Assembly: GCF_006345805.1 (NCBI RefSeq)
Contig: NC_043017.1
Coordinates: 30,504,001-30,568,000 of the forward strand
DNA from: Octopus sinensis
Lineage: Eukaryota
DNA length: 64,000 bases
Direction: 5' to 3'
Position numbers and translations under genes: made by a program. Within the stretch, counting starts at the first letter, position 1. The number at the start of each line of letters is the position of its first letter. The notes below the pieces were generated by a model. It had not been told where the DNA came from. It did not search any database and saw only the letters and a list, made by a program, of their open reading frames with translations. Below are positions 1 through 13,031 of this stretch, piece by piece.

Positions 1-606
1 GATTATCACAGTGGTAGATTTTTTATTTCAGGCGAATGAATATAGGATAGGATGTAATGACATCTTCTTATAGAAATACGAACCTCTACACACTTAATTC
101 CAGCTGACGTCGAGGTAAAAATTGTGCTTAATATTCAATGACAGCGTCAAAGATGTCTTTTATCAAAACATCATAGTCAGCATTGCTATTAAATTTTCCG
201 AGCCTAAAGTCAACGGTAGCAATGAAACAAAAACAAGAAGCAGCAGCAGCAGTATAGACTTCAGCATCAGCCGCTTACACTGCTAAAAATAGATCCTAAC
301 TTTGCCTCGTATCTCATCCTGTTGTTTTAATAAATTGTATAACGACAGCGTAGATATATCTCTGAAAACAGTATTGTCAGACACGGTTCGAAAACATTAA
401 AATATACATCTATTGAAACAGAGTTAACTCGGGGCGAAAAAGCTAACGTTATTTTCCAATTCTGTACAATAAGAATGACAGGCGCCACGGAATGTACACA
501 ATCCGTAATCACAACAATAATTTTTAGTGAACTTACGAAGAGAGTCACTTGGTGATTGTCGTCGTTGCTGGGAATATACTCAAGATTCTGCCTAAATCTT
601 ATCCTC

Positions 607-835
607 TCTCTTTTCTCTTTCTCTTTTACTTGTTTCAGTCATTTGACTGCGGCCATGCTAGAGCACCGCCTTTAATCGAGCAACTCGACCCCAGGACTTA
701 TTCTTTTTGTAAGACCAGTAATTATTCTATCGATCTCCTTTGCCGAACCGCTAAGTAATGGGGACGTAAACACACCAGCATCGGTTGTCAAGCAATGCTA
801 GGGGGAAAAACGCAGACACACAAACACACACACGC

Positions 836-909
<74 letters not shown>

Positions 910-1074
910 CGACGGGCTTCTTTTAGTTTCTGTCTACCAAATCCACTCACATGGCTGTGATTGGCCCGAGGCTAAAGTAGAAGACACTTGCCCAAGGTGC
1001 CGCGCAGTTGGGACTGAACCCGGAACCATGTGGTTGGTAAACAAGCTACTTACCACACAGCCACTCCTGCGCCT
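607..1074 (-). mobile_element. tRNA-derived SINE, group A, full length with internal (TA)n/(TG)n
   Basis: The minus strand begins aggcgcaggagtggctgtgtggt (A-box-like) ... gggttcagtccc (B-box-like) and ends catggccgcagtcaaatgactgaaacaagtaaaag. Matches about 10 other copies in the window. Confidence 0.9.
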
Positions 1075-1133
1075 CCCTCCATATTAAACAAATAAAAAAA
1101 ATGATTATTCCAATATATTCTCTTACACACTGG

Positions 1134-1310
1134 GCGGTAGATGAGATAGTTAAAGCGGCAAGGCGGTAGATTTGCAGCATTTCGTCTACTGTTACGTTCT
1201 GAGTTCAAATTCCGCCGAGGTCGACTTTGCATTTCATTCTTTCAGGGTCGATACAATAAATACCAGATGAATACTGGAATCGATCTTAGCGAAATAGCTG
1301 GCATTGTGCT
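1134..1310 (+). mobile_element. SINE group C, degenerate copy
   Basis: gcatttcgtctactgttacgttctgagttcaaattccgccgaggtcgactttgcatttcattctttcagggtcgat matches the intact copies at 49940-50410 and 54686-55105. Confidence 0.75.
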
Positions 1311-1409
1311 AAAACCTGACATTTAGTCAAGATGGGAATGTCTGGTACCGTAAATCTGATCGAAGGCCAATGGCATGAAACGCCACCAGCAGCGAAATCA
1401 TCAACTCCA

Positions 1410-1473
1410 ACCACTACCACCAACACCAACACCACCACCACCACAACAACATCAACAACCATAACCCCCACCC

Positions 1474-1519
<46 letters not shown>

Positions 1520-1520
1520 C
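1410..1520. repeat. (ACC/ACT)n trinucleotide microsatellite
   Basis: Run of acc/aac then perfect (act)n; explains the poly-Thr and poly-Val ORFs. Confidence 0.9.
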
Positions 1521-1862
1521 TGTGCCGCTATTGCTGCTGCAACCAAAACTGCTGATGGATGTGGCTTACGTGAAAGAAGTTTACTCCCCAGCCAGATAGT
1601 TCCTGTTGCAGTCCAACTGTGTCATCGTGGGCAAAATATACAAATAAGTGTGTGTCTGTAGGTGTGTGTGTGCTTATGTACCCGTAACTTAGCGGTTCAG
1701 CAAAAAAATGTGATAGAGTTCGTACCAACCTTAAAGATATTAGGAAGTACTGGAGTAGATTCGTTCGTCTATAATTTTTCGAGGTGTTACAGAAGCCTGA
1801 CATCGGTCTAATGATTGAAATTACTGGATAAAAGATAAAAGACACACACACACACACACACA

Positions 1863-1902
<40 letters not shown>

Positions 1903-2037
1903 ACACACAATCTCACACACACATACACACACACTCACACACACACACACACTCACACACACAAACAAACACATGTATGTGTATGTATATATAAATATAT
2001 GTGTATGTCTGTATATAGTATTAATAACAAATATATG

Positions 2038-2457
2038 GGATCTTTTCGGTTTGTACGGCAGTTTTTTCTAGCGGTGTCATATGAAATTGTCACCTAGAAT
2101 CGATGTATTGCATTTCAATCTCTTTTAGGGTTAGGGTCAGTTAGGGTTATGGTTAGGGGTGGGGGAAGGGTATCTTTTTTTCTTCACAAATCTAAATATA
2201 CCCAATCTGTTTCTTAAACGAGGGACATATTCATACGGCGCAGAATGCATTTTAACTCAATAGACGTCACTGATTGGTTGACATTTCAGAAATTGAAGAA
2301 AAAAAAACCAACAAATATCTTACAAACTATAGAATTTTCTCAAAAAAGCCAAGAGAAAAAGATGTTTTATAAACACATTCTAACAGTATACGAAGTTTAA
2401 CATTTTTTAGTTACCTAGAAATTATGTTAAAAACTGCCGTTCAAACCGAAAAGATCC
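2038..2457. mobile_element. Non-autonomous DNA transposon (MITE), Merlin-like, with internal TTAGGG repeats
   Basis: 29-bp TIRs ggatcttttcggtttg(t/a)acggcagttttt with one mismatch. 8-bp TSD aatatatg at 2030-2037 and 2458-2465. 5-prime GG termini plus an 8-bp TSD fit Merlin better than hAT or P (superfamily is inference). Confidence 0.8.
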
Positions 2458-2539
2458 AATATATGTATGTATGTGGTCCTGTCTTTTGCGTAACCTTTCT
2501 TCTGTCTAAGATCACCGATTCCCGTCATTAGAAGAGCTA

Positions 2540-2960
2540 GAAAACATGAAAATATGTAGGCGTTGGTCTATATTTTTTATACGATCTGGCAGAAACCTTA
2601 GCACGTTCTGTGTTCAAATTTCGCAAAGACCGACTTTGCATTTTATCTTTTCGAAGTCGATAAGTTACGTACTATAGTCGATCTAATGGACTGGCCCCAT
2701 CACCCCCAGAATTCACGCTTTGTGTCAAGAGTAGAAAATAATACAAAAATATTCTACAGAAGACAGCCAGCTGGCAGAATCGTTAGCACGCTGGCATTTC
2801 GCACCTCAGTACGTTCTGTGTTCAAATTCCGCCAAGGTCGACGTTAGCATTTTATGTTTTCGAAGTCAATAAAATAAGTACCAGTGGAATATATGGTGTC
2901 GATGTAATCGACTAATCCCCACTCCCGAAAATACTGGCCGTGTGCCAACGTTAGAAATCA
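2540..2960 (+). mobile_element. Two adjacent degenerate SINE group C copies
   Basis: Both contain ctggcagaa..ttagcacg, gttctgtgttcaaatt and gactttgcattt motifs of group C. Confidence 0.65.
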
Positions 2961-3689
2961 ATATCGTATTTTATATAAAAGGAAGGAATTTATCATGGCT
3001 TGTGATACTCTTTATCATAGGTCTCCTTTAAAAGGCATTGCCTGGGGACAAGGAACCACATCACAAGACCATCTATAGCTGTATAGATCGATAAAGAGAC
3101 GGTACATAGATATTCTACATTCTAAATTAGCAACCTAATCTTACTTAATTCTCGCCAAGACGTCTCAGACGTAAACCGAATATTCAATAACTATTCACGA
3201 CAAACAAGAAATATCAACAGCATTGTCACGGCTGGAGTACTGTTGATGATTCCAATCAGAGATCAATAACGTTCCGAGCAAAATAAATAAATAAAATAGC
3301 AATAGCAACAACAAAATAGAGAAATTAACATAAAATGTTGCTAATCAGTGAATCGATAATTAGGTTAGGGACAACCATTAATGAAAACATTTTCAGTGTG
3401 ATTAGCGTTGAATTGTCTCCAGAACGGCTGTCCTGGAGGTGTCAGCATTTCTTGATGTTTAACCTACATATGCAAATGAGTACGATTTTGTTTGTTTTTG
3501 GTTGTTTGGGAGAGACTGGCCTTGCTTCTATGTATAAATAATTAACACACACACACATGCATACACACGCACACATGTATCAACATGTACACAAACACAT
3601 TCATACATACATACGTACATACACACAATACTTATACATATATGTCTCTCTTTCTATCTATCCATCTCTGTATTCATGTCTCTTTCTTG

Positions 3690-3714
3690 ATATATATATG
3701 TATGTATGTATATA

Positions 3715-3770
<56 letters not shown>

Positions 3771-3852
3771 ATGTATGTATATATATATATATATAATATA
3801 TATATATATATACATATACATACACATATATATATATATACATATGCATATG

Positions 3853-3884
<32 letters not shown>

Positions 3885-4170
3885 CATATATATTATATAT
3901 ACATATGCATATGTATATATGTATATATGTATATATATTATATATATATATATATACATATATATATTATACATATGCATATGTATATATGTATATATGT
4001 ATATATATGTATATATATAATATATATGTATGTATATGCATATATATGCATATATACATGTATATATGTATATATGCGTATGTGCGTGAGTATGTGTGTA
4101 TGCATGAATGTGTCATGTGTGTCTATGTCTCTGGGTGTTTGTGTGAGTGTGTGTATGTGTGCTTGTAACT
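3690..4170. repeat. Compound (TA)n/(TG)n microsatellite
   Basis: Direct inspection; source of the Ile/Tyr-rich ORFs. Confidence 0.95.
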
Positions 4171-4410
4171 CTAAGTCGTTGGTGTTAGGTGTTAAGAACT
4201 TGATAAATATATACACATATAAACGGACATATAAATATATACACACACAACTATCTATGTGGTGGTGATGGTTGTGGTTGGACTGCACAGAACTCACACG
4301 GATGAATACGCTCGTTACATGTGTAGAATTGTCTACACATACACGTTATTCTTCGCGTGTGGAGATATATTTAGATTTATATTGATCTAATTTAAACAAT
4401 GAACCTGTAA

Positions 4411-5104
4411 AACAATTGTCGGTTCTTTAATGGAGATCGGTGTCGCCATTGTGCACGTTTGGAAATTGTTAAGTACAGCGACTAATTTTAAAATACAACT
4501 TAAGGCTGACCTTACAGAAATTTGGGTAACTAGATACAATTTAAAAAATGGTAATAATGGTTTAGCTTTTTAGGCCCAGAAAATTATTTTTAGGAGTGGG
4601 TGTAAATGGGGAGACACAATGGCCCAGTGGTCAGAGCAACGGACTCGCGGTCGGAGGATCGCGGTTTCGATTCCCAGACCGGACGTTGTGTGTGTTTATT
4701 GAGCGAAAACACATAAAGCTCCATGTGGCTGCGGCAGGGGGTGGTGGCGACCCCTGCTGTACCCTTTCTCTCACTTTTTCTTCCTGTTTCCTGGGTAACG
4801 TTGCGATGGACTGGCGTCCCGTCCAGCTAGGGCGAACACATACGCCACAGAAACCGGGAAACCGGGCCCAGAGCATGGCTAGTCTTGTAAAGGGCACATA
4901 AAAATATTGAACAATTGTCGGTTCTTTAATGGAGATTACTGTCGCCCTTGTGCACCTTTGGAAATTGTAAAATACAGTGACTAATTTGAAAATACAACTT
5001 ATGTCTCACCTTACCGAAATTTGGGTAACTCGATACAATTTAAAAAATGGTAAGAATAGTTTAACATTTTGGAAGCAGACTAGTACTTTTAGGAGTGGGT
5101 GTAA
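4411..5104 (+). repeat. 195-bp direct repeat pair (4411-4605 and 4910-5104) flanking a SINE
   Basis: Ungapped manual alignment, 26 mismatches in 195 bp (about 87%). Confidence 0.9.
4606..4909 (+). mobile_element. tRNA-derived SINE group B (central module M2 + tail T2)
   Basis: Head tggcccagtggtcagagcaacggactcgcggtcggaggatcgcggtttcgattccc; body shared with 16001-16387; tail gttgcgatggactggcgtcccgtccag shared with 47521-47760. Confidence 0.85.
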
Positions 5105-6221
5105 GTCGATTACGTGGATTCCAGTCCTCAAACTTCATGTAATTTGGTGTTCAAATACAAATATGGTTTGTATAATAGAAGACCATTTCCAGACTGACCA
5201 GCACATTCTTTCCAATACAGTTTCAATGTCTGAGCTCCAGGCAAAATAAATGCCAACAAAGGCTAGCTTTCTGTATAAAGAGTTATGAATTATTATTTCA
5301 CGTCATGTGATAGTGTAACATATCACCAAGAAAAGAGTTTCTCTGCTTCCGGCAATGACTTATTATATGAAATGTCAATTCGAGTCATAATATCCGACAA
5401 GAACATGGAAGCACTTGAAGGAAAGATAAAACTACAGTTAGACGCATTGAGAAATATTCAATATGATGGATATTCTAGGAACAGGAATGCATCAATGATT
5501 GGGTAAACACAGTAAAACTGAATCAGTGACATTGCAAATCAAATTTTCCAACAGCAGAAAGTCTTCATAAAGTTCAGTAATATACGGTGACATTGCCAAA
5601 GGAAACTTGTCCTGAAAACGTCAGAAATATGAACGAGTTTGAATTACTAGAGACCAATATAGAGAGTGGTTTTAGAAAGAACTGATGGTGTTATAACAAG
5701 AGAGGTATTGAAAGCAAGAAATGGATTTAGAAGCCCACTCTACTCTACTTCCTCTCACTGAAACGAATAAAGCAAAAACGCTGGTTCTAAGAGAGAAATA
5801 TTTGAAAATGTTGGTATTAAATATCCTTTTCTTCAATGTGACATAAATTACGAAATTTCCTAAATTTCTCAGATTCTCAGTTTCCCCCCTGAGCTATATA
5901 AAGAAATGCTTTACCATAAATGTCAAGACAACTTTTATTAGCCCATCACCTCTGAAGTAAGTAGAGTTTAGGATCTACAGGGTAAATAATAGTGCCTTTC
6001 TAAATAAGTAATAATTACGGCACCAATTCTCATCGCAAAACATCCTAAATGTATTTTTGGCGTTGGGAAGCACATATTCTAAAATGATATTACTCTTTAG
6101 GTAATAAACATGTTTTGAAGAGGTTTAACAGTGCCTCACTTTGTCGGGTGTTCAGATGACCTCTGATGCTGCCGTCGCTGCTCACAAAGAAGTTGGGTAG
6201 CCAATTTGTAGAGAAAGTATA

Positions 6222-6616
6222 TCTTTATATATAAAAGTGAGGTTGTGTGCTGTCTGTCTCCTACGATTTAGATTCCTAACTACTCCCACATTTTGCGGTG
6301 CAGTTTAACCAAAACCGGGTATCTTATAGTTGTGATTCATATCGAGCCCTTCTGGGTATTAGCGCGCGTCTACGATGAGTCAACGATTTAAAAAAAAATT
6401 ACCATCAATTTATCCCAGTTTTAATGCATTTTTGGCATATATAAGGGAAGTAACTCTCTAAAAATGTATTATTAAATCTCAGAACGTAAAAAGCTACAGT
6501 AACACACACCTTTTGTGGTTAGCCATATTGAGATGGCTATTATACTTTACATCTCTATAAATGCTTATATAGTTATTTCCCTTACAAACCCGAGCAACGC
6601 CGGGCGATACTGCTAG
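6222..6616 (+). mobile_element. Non-autonomous Helitron
   Basis: Starts TC after A, ends CTAG before T, with subterminal hairpin cccgagcaacgccggg; a second copy lies at 53002-53352. Confidence 0.9.
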
Positions 6617-6799
6617 TTTATAATATTCAAAGAATTTTTATTACACCTTACAATCCATTGCTAATAAGAATGTGATAAGCTTTTCACCAGAATACAACCA
6701 ATATCACAATAGAGCAATATGCTTGACACTTAAGCGTATGCTGAATCAGGAAATCTGTTATATTCGCAGTCAGTGTCATATCTAATAGTAACTAAAGTG

Positions 6800-7700
6800 G
6801 CTTTATTTATATCGGATATTAAAATATATAAATTAATGAACACCATTCCAGAGCGAACTAATTCATAATGAAAATTAATGAAAGGGAATTTTCTCTTCCA
6901 GAGGTTTTGATAATTAAGGAACATGAGATTATTTCAATAGATTTCTTATGCAAGGACACGGACGTACACCAATATTTAGACTTCAGATCTTGCCATCCAT
7001 CACATTTAATATGATAAGATGTATATGTTTAATAGTTACAGATTCTAGGAAGCGAATGAGGCAACTAGTAGAGCTAAAAGTATTCATTCAAATCCAAAAT
7101 TGGCTGAACATCTTAGCAATCATTCCATAAGCAAAGAAAAAGTCTCCTTACTGACTTACAGTTAAGTCTTCACAACGGGAAGAAAGGCACAGACAAGATT
7201 ATTTCATTTGAAAGCTGTACCCAAAATTAACTTTGAATTCTACCCCAATCAACGAATCTAAGTAAAATAATTAAAGAGTCACAAATTATTAAGAGTCAAC
7301 GTAAATAGCCAAATCTTAAAAGATTATGAGCAAAAGCATGGTTCTAGTAATGCAACTAAACGACATCGAAGTCACTCAATGAAAAACGTGTGAATTGATT
7401 GGACGGGAGGAAACATAATTCATGAATGGAATGGAATTCAAGGTTAATACAAATATGGAACACAAATAAAAAAAAAAACGTTGCATTTACTGGATCAAAT
7501 ATTAAAAATGAAATAAGAAATGTATCTGCCGATCAGGATAAAAGTTGATGAACCCGGTGAGAGTAAATAAAGCTTTCTAAGCGTTAGTGAACATCTAATT
7601 GTTTGTGAAAATATCACGCTTTCTTTCTCCAAAATTGAGGGAGAAAATTATCTATTAGGTACACAAGAGAAAAATGATTTGTATAAATTTCTATATTTTA
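6800..7700 (+). mobile_element. Decayed Penelope-like element: RT C-terminal region + GIY-YIG endonuclease remnant
   Basis: Broken frames read EREFSLPEVLIIKEHEIISIDFLCKDTDVHQYLDFRSCHPSH (PLE RT K.TD..QYL...S.HP), IRCICLIVTDSRKRMRQLVELKVF, KTCELI...FMNGMEFKVNTNM...KNV and LSVSEHLIVC...GTQEK. These are collinear with PLE RT thumb and GIY-YIG motifs; multiple stops and frameshifts. Confidence 0.65.
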
Positions 7701-8110
7701 ACTTAGATAACTTAGATATGTTTCGACCAAAGATTGGTCCAGGCCATGTCTAACTTAATAGCACCACCTGATAGGATTATTCGAATCCTGTTTAAGTCAA
7801 ATTTTGTTCAACTAGTGAGTTCTTGTTAGGTGAGTTGTATCCAATTATGGGTAGCTTATCTTGTATTCTTTGAAGGAATCTATCCAGACTCCGTTTAAAG
7901 TTGATGGGATCCTTTTCCTCTTTGATCTCCCTCGGGACAATGTTAAATAGGGCAGGGCCTGTTGAGGAAAAGGAATTATGCTGCAGTGTACATGTATGCT
8001 GTGATCTTGAATTGGGCAGGGGACGTATGGCCCGTGGTCCCAGTCTTGGATGAACCTTGAAGCTAATGATAAGGTCGTTTGGGCAAAGTTGGCGGTATAT
8101 TCTCCACATC
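7700..8110 (-). mobile_element. 5-prime-truncated CR1/L2-group LINE (ORF2 C-terminus + 3-prime UTR), LINE-beta
   Basis: ORF 7792-8145 ends SFSSTGPALFNIVPREIKEEKDPINFKRSLDRFLQRIQD, a typical CR1/L2-group ORF2 C-terminus. The UTR ends in a stem-loop, GAAAC and an (atctaagtt)2 tail. Confidence 0.8.
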
Positions 8111-8456
8111 ACAGAAATACTAAAAACCGCACCCAGTAAACACAATTATCTCTACATGGACTACCTTATGATATACATGTTAAAAACGCAGCAAACGGCG
8201 AAAAAAGATTTCTTGGAAACGTCCGAGGTTAATGGTCAGGTTACCACATTTTCAAGAATGTCTTTATTATGTTCAATAATTTTAGTTATAGAGATTTGGT
8301 TGGATATCGTGATTGTATCCTGAATATTTTCTAAAAACCATTATATAAGCAAACCTATACCTGTACGTGTTTGTGTATGCGTGTGTGTGCGTTCACCCAA
8401 ATGTATGAGTGCATGTGCGTTAATGAGTCTGTGTATGTATATATATATATATATAT

Positions 8457-8865
8457 AGGCGTAGGGGTGGCTGTGTGGTAAGTAGCTTGCTTACCAGCCA
8501 CATGGGTTCAGTCTGGGTTCAGTCCCCTTGCGTGACACCTTGGGGAAGTGTCTTCTGCTATAGCCTCGGGCTGACCAAACCCTTGTGAGTGGATTTGATA
8601 GACAGAATCTGAAAGAAGCCCGGCGTATATATGTATATATATAGATGTGTGTTTGTGTGTCTGTGTTTGTCCCCCACAACATCGTTTGACATCCGATGCT
8701 GGTGTGTTGACGTCCCCGTAAATTAGCGGTACGACAAAATAGACTGATAGCATGAGTACTAGAATTACACGGAATGATTCCTGGGGTCGATTTGCTCGAC
8801 TAGAAAGGTGGTGCTCCATCATGGCCGCAGTCAAATGAGTGAAACAAGTAAAAGAATAAAAGAAT
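8457..8865 (+). mobile_element. SINE group A
   Basis: Collinear with 607-1074 in the opposite orientation. Confidence 0.9.
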
Positions 8866-8874
8866 ATATGTATA

Positions 8875-8921
<47 letters not shown>

Positions 8922-9750
8922 TCTTTCATAGAACCCGATGTTATCTTCAATCATTCCCGGTTTCTCAATCTGGAACACCTGCCGAAAAATGAATCCAGTG
9001 TAGAATTACATTCGTCCGCATATTCATTGCATGCTAAAACCTGATTCTATTGAATAAGTCAGTCATGCAACAATATAACTTATATTATTATCACATAAAC
9101 CGAAGACCAACATTTCTATGATGCACAAAATATTAGCTTTGGGGCAATTCAGAGTAATTCAACGTTGATATTAATTCCGTAAAATCATGATTTTAAACAG
9201 AGTTACACGAGAAAATTTAGTTTACTGCACTAGCTTGTCGTGGATGAGAATATATTCTATTTAAATAAAGGTAGATGGTCGAGGTTAAACACAAGAATCG
9301 GGACACTAGCAATGCCCAGACAGATTTATGATATTACGGAGCGAGAATAAAATGTACTAAATCATACTATCTATATATTCCAGCGGTACAAATGTTGGCA
9401 ATGGACATTTACGAGTCCACGTGTCGCTATATATATACATGAGCAAACATACATTCACACACACGCACACACACACACACATATATATACATATACACGC
9501 ATACATACATATATGCATATATATATATGACATAAATATACACACATATATATATACACACACATATATATATATATGTATATAAATGTACAAATGTATA
9601 TATGTATATAAATGTACATACACACACACACATATATATATATGTGTGTATGCATATTTATATACATATTGCTATATATATATATATATATATATATATT
9701 CACACACATACATACATACATACATACATACATACATACATACATACATA

Positions 9751-9903
9751 CTGAAGACGGATAACTATCCAGAAACCCGAATCTTTGTGTATCACGTAAG
9801 GCCAGATGGGAGCGATAACCTCTCAGTCGCAAATACTAATCGGACACAGACAGTGTGTCGTAAGCCAGCTGGAGGCGATGTCTTCCTGGGGCTGAAAATA
9901 ACA
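9751..9903 (+). ncRNA. Degenerate hammerhead core followed by three-hairpin module
   Basis: CUGAAGA-C-GGAU AACU AUCC-A-GAAAC; stem I is missing and stem III is imperfect. Downstream hairpins match those next to the intact hammerhead at 46540-46585. Confidence 0.45.
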
Positions 9904-10219
9904 CTAACATCGCCCACTTATGAGACTTCCACATTCCACATTTAGTTTGCAAATATATGATATATATATGCACACATAGATATAGATATATATATATATA
10001 TATATATGCATAACACGCAAGTGCAAACAAGGGAGACAGAGAAAGGCAGAATGCCACTTATATTTGAACACTATACAAATAATCCTTTAAAAATACTTTT
10101 CTTTTAATTTTTCTAATTTAATTATTTAATCGTTACAGTTGAAAAGGTCTCAAAATGACCGAACCGGTACTGAAATGATCTTTATAAAATATTTTGACTT
10201 GTTTTTTCATATATATATA

Positions 10220-10294
<75 letters not shown>

Positions 10295-12072
10295 GTAAAG
10301 GCACTCACCACACAAGTCATTATGCTTTAACTTTTAATACTTAATTTTCTCAATCATTAGATTGCGGCGCTGTGGACCACATCCTTGACGAATTTTAGTC
10401 AAAAGAACCGACCCGAATACTGTATTTTAATGTCCAATACTTATTCTATGCTCTCAAACGTAGACGTATGAATGTGTTTGGTCAAACGGTAGTGGGGGCA
10501 AAAGACAGGCAGAAAATGCCCACGCTTTAATTTGGCACGAACCTCACCTCACTAAACAAATAAGTATTGCTTTCACCATCAGCCAAAAAGCGAACGTAAA
10601 CTACAAGCAAACTGTTAAAGTAAGCTTCTATGCTGGATGTTAGATGGCAAGAGAGACATTATGATATGTAAATGATAGAGATACACATAAAAGCATAAAC
10701 ATATATATCTGTTTACGTTTGTTTCATATTTACATAAACGAAATCTTTCTTCCTATTCTACTCTCTCTGTCTCTGTGACTTTCTGGCTGTCGCTCATATT
10801 CGCTTTATCATTCTATCTTTCTCTGTCTCTTTCACTTTCCCTCACTTTATATCTTTCCCGTTCTTTCTATCTCTCTCGATCTCTCTGTCATTTGATTTTC
10901 AGTTACACGTCGGGGGCGTACATACGCAATACATCTACTCGCACTCATGAACAGAAGCACAGAGACAATTCATAATTACACACAGACTCTCTTACGCACA
11001 AACATACACACGCAGACACACACACTCGCCCGAAGACATACACGCTCACACACATATATAAAATCACACAACAGATAATCGTACACACAAACACATGCAT
11101 GTACTCAACACATAATCGCACACACACATACAATCACTCAACACGCGCACACAGACACATGAAAGTGTGGGTGGAATTTCGTTGTATATTCTTCGACGCA
11201 ATCATAAGTTTCTCTGTATATGTTCACGTATGTGTGGGAGGAAATAAATCTATGTGTTTCTGATTACATATATGTTATTAGGTTTATCTGTGTGTGTTTG
11301 TGGGTGCGTGTGTTTACTAGCGAGAGAAATTTATAGACAGAGAAGGAAAGAAAAGATATGAGCAGAGAAAGCATTCGTTTATGTGTCTACGAAACGTGAT
11401 ATTTTGTGTAAACCTGTAAGATATACGTACATGAGGAATACGAGCTAACTCATTGTCGAGGCCCTAGCATAAATCAATACGGAGTGAGTTGGATAAACCA
11501 TTGACTTCTACTTAATTCGTCCATTTTTGTGTAGATTTCTACTTATGTGGAACGGAATCCATAAGCAATAGGCTGAAACCTAACCGTATCATGTCTAAAA
11601 AAAACACATTCGCTGGGAAATATATATTTGCTAGAATCAAGACTAATATTAGAAGAAATTGATAATAAGTAATGTCCATAGACACTTACACATTATTATA
11701 CACATACGGCACACATACATGCACACACACAGACACACACACACACACATATATATATATGTATACACACACAACTATATTTATAGATATGAATATGTAC
11801 ATATACATATATGCATATAGATACGAATATATATATGTATGTATATATACGCTCCAGTTTTTACTTCTTTCAGTCATTTAACATTGACCATGCTGGGGCG
11901 CTGTTTTAGTCCAACAATTCGAGGCGGAGGCTTATTCTTCGTAATCTTAGTAGTTATTTTATCGGTATTTCTTATGCGGGTGTAAATAAACCAACATCGG
12001 TTTTCAAGTGATAGTGGGGGTGGGCAAACACAGGCACACAAGCATATACATATAGATGTACATATATATCTA

Positions 12073-12157
<85 letters not shown>

Positions 12158-12201
12158 CTCTCTCTCTCTATATATCTATTATATATATTATATATATATT
12201 A

Positions 12202-12529
12202 AAAATGAGGGTGTCTAAAAGATACCAACATGCCGAAATAGCAGTCGAAACTCTGACTATAAAACCACGTTAAATGTTCATATCGCACCATGAGGTAAAG
12301 CGGAGGGACAAAACACTTGCTTGTATGTTTTGTCCCTCCGCTTTACCTCATGATGCGATATGAACATTTAACGTGGTTTTATAGTCAGAGTTTCGACTGC
12401 TATTTCGGCATGTTGGTGTCTTTTAGACACCCTCATTTTAATTGTTAAAAATTTTCTTACCTTTGTAAGGTATTTCTTCCATGCTGACCACTTGATAATT
12501 TCGACACTTAAATATCGATAATATCCTCA

Positions 12530-12596
<67 letters not shown>

Positions 12597-12924
12597 TTAA
12601 AAATGAGGGTGTCTAAAAGATACCAACATGCCGAAATAGCAGTCGAAACTCTGACTATAAAACCACGTTAAATGTTCATATCGCACCATGAGGTAACGGA
12701 GGGACAAAACACTTGCTTGTATGTTTTGGTCCCTCCTTTACCTCATGATGCGATATGAACATTTAACGTGGTTTTATAGTCAGAGTTTCGACTGCTATTT
12801 CGGCATGTTGGTGTCTTTTAGACACCCTCATTTTAATTGTTAAAAATTTTCTTACCTTTGTAAGGTATTTCTTCCATGCTGACCACTTGATAATTTCGAC
12901 ACTTAAATATCGATAATATCCTCA
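12202..12924. repeat. Two tandem copies of a foldback element (114-bp arms, 10-nt loop) plus an 85-bp tail, separated by (TA)n
   Basis: Arms 12202-12315 and 12326-12439 pair at 112/114 positions. The second copy (12600-12834) is identical except for small indels near the apex. Confidence 0.95.
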
Positions 12925-12934
12925 TATATAAATT

Positions 12935-12967
<33 letters not shown>

Positions 12968-12987
12968 TATATATATATAATATAATA

Positions 12988-13031
<44 letters not shown>

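Noticed and set aside
785-1087. Recurrent ORFs beginning MSSNA...DTQTH (also 32233, 39019, 42363)
   Set aside because: Antisense read-through of SINE group A.
1332-1661. 109-aa Thr-rich, mucin-like ORF
   Set aside because: The Thr run is an (ACC/ACT)n microsatellite and the ORF runs into a SINE relic; no signal peptide or splice support.
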